From Azolla caroliniana (lineage: Eukaryota; Plantae; Polypodiophyta): DNA of 64,000 nt. The stretch spans positions 20,770,001-20,834,000 of the forward strand of contig JBHGNT010000005.1 of NCBI GenBank assembly GCA_043228905.1, read 5' to 3'. Position numbers and translations under genes: made by a program. This document shows, one piece after another, positions 53,355 to 64,000 of this stretch. The notes under the pieces were generated by a model. It ran no database searches. It had not been told where the DNA came from and worked only from the letters and a program-made list of their open reading frames with translations. Every line of letters starts with the position of its first letter. Position 1 is the stretch's first letter.

Positions 53355-53999
53355 TTCTCATTCACGGAAATTAAGCTTCTTTCCTAAGAGTTGCTAGTCC
53401 TCCCTTTGTTATTGCTTTGGACTAATGTTAGTATTGTAAAGAAAAGATATCTAAAGTGAAATGTCTAAGCAATTTCTGAATGTCCTCGCTAACCCGATGA
53501 GTGCACGCTCTTTGGTGCGCAAATTTGGGTGGTGAGTTGTTTAGTTGTAATAAACCAATGATTCAATGCCTTGGTATGAAATAGCGGAGAGCATGTTGAG
53601 GTGAGGGGATGGAATTGTAGTGCAGAAGCGGATGTATCGTCAAGCGGCAAAGGTTTTTTGGGGTGAGATCATAAGAAGGGTTGGGTGTGATGGATTCATT
53701 GAATATCAAGTAGAGTGATTGTGGTTTCTTATGTGAGCATCCATGTATGTCCCAAACCAAGCGATAAAGCATTAGCATTACACAAAACCGTAATTCACAA
53801 AGGAATATATTGACTCATCATGAAGTAAATGTGGTTCATCCATTTTCTAAACCATGTCTTCATATCTTACATCGATTCGAAATCCAAAATTCTGATTTCA
53901 CGTGCCTTTCAATTCTTTTTACTTGTTGATCATGTCCTTTGAAGTTAGCATCAGGGTGCCTTTCAACCTTTAACATGCATTGATTAAACTTTTATGTTG

Positions 54000-55579
54000 C
54001 CTTAATCTCAACGGGGAGTGATCTAGCTCAAGAACTATGACCTTGTATTGCCTTTCTAGCTTAACGTCAAGAAAATTCATAAGAAATCGTTTTTAGAAAT
54101 TTTCAAACTCTTTACAAGTACACTTAAGGATGCCCCGCATACTTCAACCCTCTTCACAAGCAATTGCGTTACAGAAGTGTCAAAGAAGTATTTCTTGGGA
54201 ACCCAACGTTTAATTTCTCCATCCTTAACATTTGTTCTCTGATATATGGTGAGTTCTCTTTCCTGCTTTGAAGTGAAATGTCAAACATTCATTTCATCTA
54301 TGATTGGAGGAAACCCAAGGCCTATGATACATGCAACTTTTTGATGTCAAGTGCCTTATTTCGATACACGGTGCACTTGTTATCCTTATTTTGAGTCTTA
54401 ACAATCATAACCTTCTTGTTGGAGCCATCAACACTCAAACTAATATGCATACAAAAGTTTTCCTAAACAATAATAAGCCTACAAACTTTTGGGCATTTTC
54501 TAAAGTGTTCTCAAAAAACACAACATCATATGCATATAACAAAAGCATGATATGTACATTCTCAATAATAACTTCTTCATTTACAAACTCTTTGATAATT
54601 TGTTCGAATTCAATAGTGCTACTAAACCAAAGAGAGCGTTGGGAACAGAGATCCTTGGTTAATATCAATAGTGCTACTAAAAGAAATTGGAATTTCATCT
54701 CCCAAATGCACAAAGTGTATCACCTTCTGATAGATTTGAGAAATCTCAAGCATTTAGTCACTTGATACCCTTAGTTCTTCCATCTTCTCCAAAGATGTTC
54801 ATGGGGCATCATATCAAAATATTTTTTGAAGTCTACAAAGCAACAATATCATACATATAAGTCTAACAATGTAGGGACATCAATTGTAAATAATAATAAT
54901 AGTATTTTAATAATAACTTCTTCATTTACAAACTCTTTGATAATTTGCTCGCATTCAATTAAGGGAAAAGTACCAGGATACCCCTAGAAGTTCGTCTATT
55001 TACCAGAATGCCGTTGGAAGTTCCAAATTTACCAAACTACCCCTATGTCCAAAAAATTACACTTTATAAAGTAATTATACACTCAAATCTTTGGTAAATA
55101 GGGCTAGTTTGGGTCCATTTCTTCTATCTTTGGTAAATAGGGCTTGTAGATTTGAGTGTATAATTACTTTATAAATTGTAATTTTTTGGACATAGGGGTA
55201 GTTTGGTAAATTTGGAACTTCCAGGGGCATTCTGGTAAATAGACGAACTTCCAAGGGTATCCTGGTACTTTTCCCTTCAATTAATCAATGCATAAACCAA
55301 AGAGAAAGGTGAGAACAGAGATCCTTGCTTAACATCAATAGTGCTACTAAATAAAATTTGGAATTTCATCTCCCAAATGCACAAAGTGTATCACCTTCTA
55401 ATAGATTTGAGAAATTTCAAGCATTAATTCACTTAATACCCTTAGTTCTTCTATCTTCTCCAAAGATGTTAATAGGGCATTATATCAAAAGCTTTTTTGA
55501 AGTCTACAAAGCAACAATATAATACATATAAGTCTAACAATGTAGGGACATCAATTGTAAAATATAATAATAGTATTTT
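54000..55579 (-). mobile_element. Degraded LINE RT remnant with a ~345-bp tandem duplication
   Basis: Minus strand gives YCCFVDFKKYFD and LLLYAYDVV (YADD box). 54564-54908 is repeated at 54909-55579, and the second copy contains a MITE. Confidence 0.7.
54963..55275. mobile_element. Mutator-like MITE / foldback element (313 bp)
   Basis: ~128-bp near-perfect TIRs (gggaaaagtaccaggataccc...gggtatcctggtacttttccc). Perfect 9-bp TSD ttcaattaa at 54954-54962 and 55276-55284. Confidence 0.95.
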
Positions 55580-56461
55580 AAGAAAGTAATATTTTGCCTT
55601 AAATACATATCAAGCACTTAAAGTAAGCTGTGATTTTGATATATGACAATGTGCCACTTTCTAAGAGGTAGGTGAGAAAAGAATTATATTATAAGGTCTA
55701 ACCATCACCATAGCTTGTCTCTGCTTTTTCTTTATAAACCCTAAGTTTGGTGGTTGTCCTCCTATCCTTATATGTTGAGCGTGTGTGAAAAGCAAATGTC
55801 ATCCTTCATTAGGTTTGCATTCCATACCTTACATATCTTTATACTAGGGTAATGATGCCACAATCTACCTAAACACTAATTGAGCTTGCTTAAGCAATTC
55901 ACGTCACCATTGACCTCTTGTTAACTTATTCTGAGTAGCCTTATCAAGGTCAGAAGCAAATAGTTCAAAAGCCTCCAATTTCGGAGTCAGAAGTAGTCAT
56001 CGATGGGGGTTTCCAACAACAATCCAAGGACGCATACCTAAACAGAAGGTTTCCCTCTTCGTTGTCGGATTCTTATCAAACGGCCTTGGGTTTTTGAGAA
56101 GTTGTTAAGTACTACCAAGTTTAAAGAAGAGTTAAGACTCTTCAAGGGCCAAGGCTTGGTTTTATTACCTTTATTGCCACCATTTTATGTTGTCCTCTTT
56201 AACAATTAGCCCACTCATTTGACAAAATGTTTCCAATACATCAAGTAAGTGTTGCATATCATCCAAAGTTTAAAAGAATAACACATAGTGAGCATGTAGA
56301 AGTAAAAAAAACTTCTTGCCTAAGTTTTGAACTATCTAATCCTTGGTCCTTTGCATCCCTAATGAGATAGAAAGAAGAAAGAAAGATATACTAACGTCTT
56401 CTAAGACCAAAAAGAATGTGGTTGTTTGAGTCTCATGTGTAATCACAATCACGATTCAAGA

Positions 56462-56534
56462 TGTCGTTTATGGGAATCGAACCCACGACCACATGGTTAA
56501 AAGCTACGCGCTCTACCGGTTGAGCTAAGATGAT
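56462..56534 (-). pseudogene. tRNA-Lys(UUU) pseudogene
   Basis: 73 nt: atcatcttagctcaaccggtagagcgcgtagcttttaaccatgtggtcgtgggttcgattcccataaacgaca. A and B boxes and the TTT anticodon are present, but the acceptor stem (ATCATCT/AAACGAC) and anticodon stem are mispaired. Confidence 0.85.
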
Positions 56535-56966
56535 TATTAATTTAAATTTGCAATGATAGAAAAAAAAGAAAGATATGCTAATGCCTTTAGATAAGACTAA
56601 ATTTGGCCCATGAGACAATTGGTTACAATAGTGGGATGTGTACCAAATCATCAAAGAGAGAGAATCCACGAGTTTTACCTTGTAATTTCTCATAATGCAA
56701 AATATTGACCTTAACAATCTTGTAATTCAACATATTCCCCAATGTCGTATTCCCCTTCCTGACCATCCAAGTGCCAACTATTTATCCTGGGCCGGACTAG
56801 CCACAAACATAGGGTGTCCTTCCAAAACACATCTCCAAAGGGTTGGTTAGAGATATGGATGATGATTTGGATCTTATTCACTCAACACTATCCGGTTACT
56901 TTCCGGATTGCCTTATGGAATACTTATCCCTTATCCCCTTCTTAATTACACACGTAAGATTATGAA

Positions 56967-57605
56967 TGATGGCACAGACGACAAGTACACAAGATAGACA
57001 ATAAGATTAACAACAACAACGCTTAACTTGTATTACTTCCGTTAAACTATACATCAATCCGGATGCTTTTATAGGCATCCGGTACAAGTTACAAAATGAT
57101 GCCTTACCGGCCACCAGCTACTAATCGGTCCACACTTCTCCTTCGGATCATACTCCTAGGCCAACATATGGCATGCCCATGGGACAATGCCTTGCACGTC
57201 GAACCCACGGGTTAGCTCCTTTAATCTTCATCAAGTATATCCAACATGCTCTAGTCTAGGGGTTCGAGTGGTTCCTCCTCCGTTTTTGTCCTCTACTGTT
57301 GTTGCTCCTATTCCCGATGCTTCTCCTTTGTCTGCTCCGTCCTCTATGTCTTTGGCTTTGTCTCCGTCCTTTGTGTTTCCGGCTCTGTCTCCGTCTCATT
57401 CACTGGCTACTTATCCAGCCACTTATCCGACTGTTACCCTTGTTTCCCCGACTGTTGCGATGTGGAGGTCCTTGGCTTCATTGGTAGCTCCTCATCACTG
57501 ATGTTTATTTGCTCTGCTTGTTGCTCTACTTCCTTCCATCGTTGCTCCCGCTCATAACCTTCCAACTATAGTTGCACCTAGAGTTGGTCATCTTCAATTC
57601 CGTCA
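56967..57605 (-). mobile_element. Solo LTR (639 bp)
   Basis: Termini tgatgg..ccgtca (imperfect inverted repeat, TG..CA), 5-bp TSD atgaa/atgag (1 mismatch), minus-strand TATAAAA at ~57067-57073. Confidence 0.7.
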
Positions 57606-58182
57606 ATGAGCTTTCAGACAACCTCTAGTTGTGTTTCGGCCAGGGCATAATAATCATCAGACAATTCTTCTTGGATGGTGACTATACTTTCCTCATCCAT
57701 CTTATAGAAATTGTCGCCGACCTTCTTCCTGTTTTCAGCATCTGCCCGGAGTAGCTGAAGTTTCGTCGTTTGTTTCAACCATTGATTCCATACAACCGTC
57801 TATGGATACGAGTGTTATTTGCGAAAACATGTATGGAGTTGTAGTTGGTACTAGACAACAAACAACTCATACAGAAAATAGAATAGACGTGGAGACTTAC
57901 TTGGATGGAGCTTTAATGGAAAGCTTCTTATTACTTCGTTCTTTTTCAGAGATACAATGCTCTACTCGTCATCACTCATTACAATGTTAGGTATTCGCTT
58001 ATATACTAAGCCCTAACTTATTAACGAGTTCACACTAGGACAGATACAATTTGGAAGGAGTCGGCCTTTTATGCCAACAAACTCCCCTGTAAAAGGACTA
58101 CTCTTTCTTGCATGTACAAGTGCTTGGGGTTATCTCCCCCGTAAACCTAGATTAAAATTTTAATTAGATCTTATGTTACTAG

Positions 58183-58879
58183 CATAGATTGACACATTCG
58201 TGATGTTCGTCATATTCTCCATGCGTGATATTCTCAATATTCGAGAATACGAAATGGCCCCAAGAATATTATAAAACCATTCGTTTTACAAAAATATATA
58301 AAATATTAATTAATTCATTTATTTATTTAAATAAATTTAATTTCACTAAAAAAAGAAGAATCATTCATTAATAGATTATATACATATGATTAGTATTAAC
58401 TCTCTTTATAGTGTCAAATAAAAAATAGGGAAGTTTATGAACCTTTATTTTAATTAATTAATTAGTTTTAAAAAATAAATATTTGTATATTTATTATAGA
58501 AATATGATTAGTGTGAAGTCCAATTTTTAATATTAAAATAAAAATATCTATAATTTTTTAGAGAATAAAAAGTGAGGAATTAATGAACCTTTATTGTATT
58601 TTATTTATTTATTAAAAATAAAATGAATACTTTTATATTTATTATAAAAAATTATTAGTGTCAAGTCCCTCTTAATGTTCCTTTTTATAGTCCCTCTTTT
58701 AATGTCCCTTTTTATTGTATTGTGAAGTCCCTTTTTTCTTTATCCTAGTAAACTAAAAAAGGAGGGAGTTCTTGGACTCTCTTTTTTTTTGGGGGGGGGG
58801 GGGGGGGGGGGGGGATAAACGAATACTTGACCATGCATTCGAATGGGAAACCCCACGAATGCGAATATGCCAATCTATG
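58183..58879. mobile_element. hAT-type MITE (697 bp)
   Basis: 18-bp TIRs catagattgacacattcg / cgaatatgccaatctatg (2 mismatches), 8-bp TSD gttactag/gttacaag, subterminal CGAAT/ATTCG motifs, AT-rich core and a poly-G run. Confidence 0.85.
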
Positions 58880-59763
58880 GTTACAAGTCTGTCAGCAAGT
58901 AGCCGAGTCGACAGACGTATAGTATGAGTGTTGGTCAGCTCTTACCTTCTGCTCCTCGTTCGGCTTTCTTCTGCTCAATCGCTTGTCGTAGCCCCATCTT
59001 CGTCCTTAGCGTTGATCTGGGAATGGCTTCATCAGGCAATCGGCGATGTTCACCTTAGTGTCGATCTTCCGGATTTCGAGTTTCTTCTTGGTCACGAGCT
59101 CCTGGATACATGATGATATTACACCTCAATGTGCTTCATCTTCGCATGGTAGACGGGATTGTTGATGAGGTGTATTGCACTCTGTGAGTCGCAATAGATA
59201 GACGGCGTTAGTCGATCTATTCGGTTTGTAGTTCCGAAGTCGGCAGTCAGTTGGTGCAGCCAGATCGCTTCCTTCGTTGCTTCCGATGTTGCTATATACT
59301 CGGCTTCTGTGGTAGACAGAGCCGTGCACTCTTGAAGTGTCGACCTCCATGATATCGCACTGCCACCATAGGTGAAGATGTAGCCTGATGTCAATTTCCG
59401 ATTGTCCGTGTTCCCGACATAGTCAGAGTTAGTGTAGCCTTCAATTTCGGCTAAGATTGTCAGTCTGAAAGTCAGTTGTGCATCTGTGGTTCCTTTTAGA
59501 TTCCTAAGGATGTGCTTGACGGCCTCCTAATGCTTCTTTCCTGGGTTTGACATGTACCGGTTGACCACCCCTACGATATAGGCTAGGTCGGGTCGAGTCG
59601 AGTCGCCACCATTGCGTACATGATACTTCCTATTGCCGATGCGTAGGGTATCTTTCCATTAACCTCTCTCTCCTTGTCTGTTGTAGGAGAGTCTCTATCT
59701 GATAGTCTGATTGACATCGGAAGCGGTGTTGGTGTTGGCTTCGCGTTCTCCATGTTGAAGCGC

Positions 59764-60278
59764 TCTCGTGAAGATTTCCGGCTATAGTGTGAAACCGGGG
59801 TGGAATGGGCAAATCGGTGGTGTGCAACATGTGCACGTGTATACTAGGAAAGGGTGTGTAGAAAGAAGAGGGGAATTTTATCCCACATTGTAAGGTCCCC
59901 CCTTCCTTGGGCTATAAAAGGAAGGGAGGGGTCACTTATGAGGGGTTGCCTATTTTGAGGGAGAGAGGCATACCACTTAGGTCGAGGGTTTCCTATTCGG
60001 TTTTAGGGTTTCGGTTAGGGTTTTCTTCTAGGGTTTTTCTCATAGTCGTTTGGTGCAGCCATGGCGGCCACCATTGTTGTAATCATTCGCTTGTTTTTAA
60101 TATATCTTGTTGTGGATCTTGCTTCCATCTATTTTGGTCTATGCTTATGTGCTACTCTTCATCTTCTCATCCGGTGTTAAGCTTCCATTTCTCATATCTT
60201 ATTCTTTCTCCTCTACTCCCTAGTCCAAGACCCCCGTGGTCCCGCCCCTTCTACACGCACGCGCGTAACAACGCCGCA
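59764..60278 (+). mobile_element. Solo LTR of the tRNA-Trp gypsy lineage inserted in the copia RT
   Basis: Starts tctcgtgaagat (cf. tgtcgtgaagat at 39674), has ctataaaagg and the caagacccccgtggtcccgcc motif. It interrupts the copia peptide YLHKVLK|RFNM. TSD is degenerate (gcgc vs aagc). Confidence 0.8.
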
Positions 60279-62767
60279 AAGCTTCAGCACCTTGTGGAGG
60301 TATTCAGACTAGGAGAGTCGGAGAGTTTTGGTCGTCCGATTTCGCTCTATCCTCATGCCCAGTATGTATCGAGCTTGTTTGAGTTCCTTCATCGCGAACT
60401 TTGTGTGAAGGCTCCGCTTCAGCTTACCGATCTATGCTTGATTGCTCCCTGCAATCAACATGTCTTCGACGTATAGGATCAGATAGATCCTTGACTCGTC
60501 ACCCAGTTGCCGAACATACATGCATGGGTTGGAGTATGATCTGTTGTATCCAAGCTGCCGTATGTAGGAGTCAAACTTCTGGTACCACATTCTCGGCACT
60601 TGTTTTAGGCCATATAGACTTTTCTTTAGTCGACATACGAGGTGACTGTCCTCCCTCGTCACCGTGAAGCCTGCCAGTTGAGACATGTATATGTCTTCTT
60701 CCATATCTCCGTGTAGCAATGTTGTCTTTACGTCCATCTGGTCGAGCTCTAGATCTTCTATCGCCACAACTCCTAGTAGGAGTCGGAGGGTGGTCATCTT
60801 GACTACTGGTGAGAATATCTCGTCGTAGTCGGCCCCGTATTATTGTTTGAAAACTTTCGCGACAAGTTGAGCTTTGTACTTGGGTTTCTCTGAGTCAGAT
60901 ACATACTTGTATCGGAACACCCATTTGCAAGGTAGCGGCTTTCTTCCTGGTGGTAGTTCGATCAACTCCCATGTCTGATTCTGATGAATCGAGTCCATTT
61001 CGGATTTTATGGCCTGCAGCCATGTTTCGGCATCCGGTGCCGCCATAACTTTGTCATACGTGGGTGGTTCGCCTGCATCCGTGTAGTGGACATAGTCGAG
61101 GTTCGGTTGATAAAACTCTATTTGCCTTCGAGCTCATCCAGATCTCCTGGGTGTCGTAATATCTGGTTCAGATTCTTCGATCGGTTTGGATTGACGATCG
61201 GTATTTGTTGAACCAGTTGTGTCAAGAGCCTTGTTAGGTGCCCCGCCCTCGGTTTGGGATTTCAACGGTGTCTGGTTGTTCTCCCCTGTGGTCGTTGTCG
61301 TCTCGATTCTGACTAGCCTCTTAGCGACTTTGCCTTTGTCGACTCTTGTCGATTCGGTTGTGTCTTTGATTGCTTGGTCTTTGAGTTCGACGTTAGGACT
61401 TGTTGCCGATTCGGTGTCGGTAGGGAAGTCAACAGTTTCTTGGTGTTCGATTGTTTGTCGAATCTCTGATTTGGCCCGTTGGGTCGGTCCTTCTACGATA
61501 GTGTTGTCATCTTTGAAGGATACCTTCTTACCAACAGTTTTTTGTTGGTTCCGTTGAGAGAAGATAGAGTCTTCATTGAAGGCTACGTTGTTGCTCCGGA
61601 TCAATTTCCGGTTCTCAAGGTCCTAGAGCCGGTAGCCGAAGTCCCCATAGGTTCCATAACCGAGAAATATGCACTTTGTTGCATGAGGTGCCAACTTCAT
61701 CCTTTTGTACCTGGGGATGAACGCGTAGGCTTCGCATCCGAATATACGAAGCCTATTGTAGGTCGGTTGTTTGCTTGACCATAGTGCCTGTGGCACTTCG
61801 AGCTTGATTGCTCTTGACGGCGCCAAATTTATTAGGTACACTACCGTTTGCAATGCCTCGGCCCAGAATTCGAGCTTCAATCTGGCTTGTTGGAGCATTT
61901 TTGTCACCCTCTCCTCGATCGTTCGTATGATCCGTTCAACCACCCCATTCTGCATGGGCGTGTAAGGAACGGTCTTTTGATGCCGTATCCCTTTTTCGGA
62001 TAGGTACTATTTGAAGGCTCTGGAGGTGTACTCACCTCCGTTGTCAGATTGGAGTGTCTTCACTCTGTGTCCCGATCGGTTCTCCACTTTAGATATCCAT
62101 CAAGTGAAGACCTCAAGCGCTTCATCTTTGGACTTGATGGAGTATGCCCAAACTTTCCGTGTACAGTCATCTACGAATGTGATGAAGTACCGAGAGCCTC
62201 CTAGTGATTGCTCTAGCATGGACCCACATATGTTTGTGTGCACGAGCTCTAGGGGTTGTTGTACAGTCTTGTAGTGGAGAGAGTGCAGACTTTGGGTCTG
62301 TTTCCCATATCGACAGTGCTCGCAGAAGTCCGTCTTTGCCTGTAGTTTCGGGATGTAGCCGACTGACATCAGCCGATCAAGTCCGGCTTGAGACATGTGG
62401 CCAAATCGGCCATGCCATAAGTTCGGGTTGATTTTCTTGGCTACGTTCACGGCCCCTTCAGGGTTGATCGCCATCAATGGGTATAGATTATTATACTTAT
62501 GCCCACTACCGATTTTGAGGTTTCCTCGACTGATCACCCATGTCGACTCGTGTAGAGTCATTCGATACCCGTCTTCGGCTAACATGCCGATGGAGACCAA
62601 ACTCCTCTTTAGATCGGGTACGTGCCGAACTCGGTGCAAGGTTATTGTGTTGCCATTTGGCAATTTGATGGGAACCTCCCCGATTCCGGCCATCTTGCAC
62701 TCTTGCCCGTTTCCCAATCGGACTATGCCGCTGGCGTCAACTGAATAGTTCGAGAACCATTCAACAT

Positions 62768-64000
62768 TGGAGAAACTAAGGCGGGACCACGGGGGCCTTG
62801 GACCGAGGAATGCAAGAGATCAAGGGGAGAGAGAGCATGGAGCGTCGAGCCGGCGAATACCTGCTTCCAGCAAGCGGTGCTTACCAGCCAAATGAATCAC
62901 GACCGCGTGTACAGAACGAACAAAGATGTGCACCCACCAAACGGTGAAAGGGAAACACGCAGAAAAGCACAGGGAGACAACAAACAGGAGAATCGATTCC
63001 AACAATAAACATTACAACTTTGCAAGATTACAACCGGCGAGCCGACAACAAACCCAACACAGACACTCTCACTCTCACGCACACAATGGAGTCCTTGCCG
63101 GAAGCACTCGGGCTTTCCTCGAAGCAAAGGCAACCGACCAAGAACCTGTCGAGAACAACGATAGAGGAGGAGAAAGCTCAATTCCTAGTCCAACAACACT
63201 CCGTCCTCGCCAAAACACGATAGTTGTTTCAGCCTTCTCCCTTCTCTTTTATAGGCCGCCGGGGACGATCGTCACATCTTGAATACATCATCTTTATTCT
63301 TCGTCCCTTCGGATAGAGATACGCATCGATTTCCTAGGTAATAAATGTGTATTACCTAGTATATTTACATAAGCCGACCTATTCCTAATTATGTACAACT
63401 TATCAATCCTTGTGCCCGCGTGTAAGGGCCGGTTCATGCGCCTTTTACACTGATTCCTCCTAAGGCCGGTTTTCATCACCACATCCACCCCCACCAAACC
63501 GCGCATCCACAGGTATGCACCAGAGAGGGACAAATGCCAGAGAAAACCGGTTTGCGTTCACCCGTCGCTCTCCGAATCTCCATCCGCTCCGATCCAATTG
63601 TTGTCTACGCCCCCTAGGTCCGGTTTGTTCTACTTCTTGAATGCTTTAATCCTCTTCCCGACCACCGGCACAATTATCCTTGTTCCGTTGAGCTCCGCGA
63701 GATGGTAGGTGCCGTTGTCGTTTGCGCTTGTTACGGCGTAAGGCCCGAACCACCTTCTCGCAAACTTGCGCTTTGCCTTGTGCTGGTTGTCGAGGTTATT
63801 GTCATAAACCAGTACCTAATCGCCTTCCTCGATCTTCTTCGGTCGTAGCCGGTGAGTCCGGTCGAACCAGCCTTTATTCCTTGCCCTCACTGCATGCAGC
63901 TTCGCCTTTGCCCATTCCATGTCCTCCGGTTTTCGCCCGCATGCAGCCAGTGGCTCTTCCCGGCTCATCTTGTCTCTCCAGTCTACCACCACCCACGAGG
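62768..64000 (-). mobile_element. 3' end (integrase tail, PPT, 3' LTR) of another gypsy of the same lineage; continues beyond the window
   Basis: Minus strand RLRPKKIEEGD*VLVYDNNLDNQHKAKRKFARRWFGPY..NDNGTYHLAEL is nearly identical to the 39000-39599 peptide. PPT region ggatgcgcggtttggtgggggtgga, LTR from 63483 to ~62768. Confidence 0.9.

Larger units (their letters stand above)
57830..62767 (-). mobile_element. Second degenerate Ty1/copia element (3' part; 5' part lies beyond the gypsy insertion)
   Basis: Minus strand: EWFSNYS, LWHGRFGHMS, LELVHTNICG, QNGVVER, KYKAQLVAK, QMDVKT, LYVEDMLI, LSTTEAEY, KHIEV. PPT agggggagtt is followed by tgttgg at 58079 (putative 3' LTR ~58079-57830; left boundary approximate). 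Many stops. Confidence 0.88.

Noticed and set aside
58791-58814. Long poly-G runs (also ~1915 and ~5860) as G-quadruplex elements
   Set aside because: Simple homopolymers, partly inside a MITE; length is error-prone and there is no functional evidence.

Overview
This is eukaryotic land-plant nuclear DNA, most likely from a non-seed plant (inferred from the gene and transposon types, not proven). The left ~23 kb holds four genes: a ZAR1-type LRR receptor-like kinase (- strand, runs off the window start), a 7-exon ABCI20-like soluble ABC ATPase (+), a single-exon DUF3511 gene (-) and a 7-exon USP36/42 (UBP23)-type ubiquitin protease (-). A 4-exon RWDD4-like gene lies at 50.3-53.1 kb (-). The rest is transposon-derived. 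At 31-49.5 kb an old Tcn1/Tf-like Ty3/gypsy hosts a full-length Ty1/copia, which itself hosts a full-length tRNA-Trp-primed Ty3/gypsy; the old element also hosts a gag-only relative of that gypsy. A second degenerate copia at 58-63 kb carries a solo LTR and another member of the same gypsy lineage. There are also LINE remnants, two hAT-type MITEs, one Mutator-type MITE, a solo LTR and a tRNA-Lys pseudogene. I found no clearly new biological system. The best leads are a candidate -1 ribosomal frameshift (G_GAU_UUU plus stem-loop) placed after the protease in the tRNA-Trp gypsy, that lineage's 4-bp TSD and apparent GCG-N targeting, a conserved U5 motif, and the RWDD4-like gene. All coordinates and counts were read by eye.
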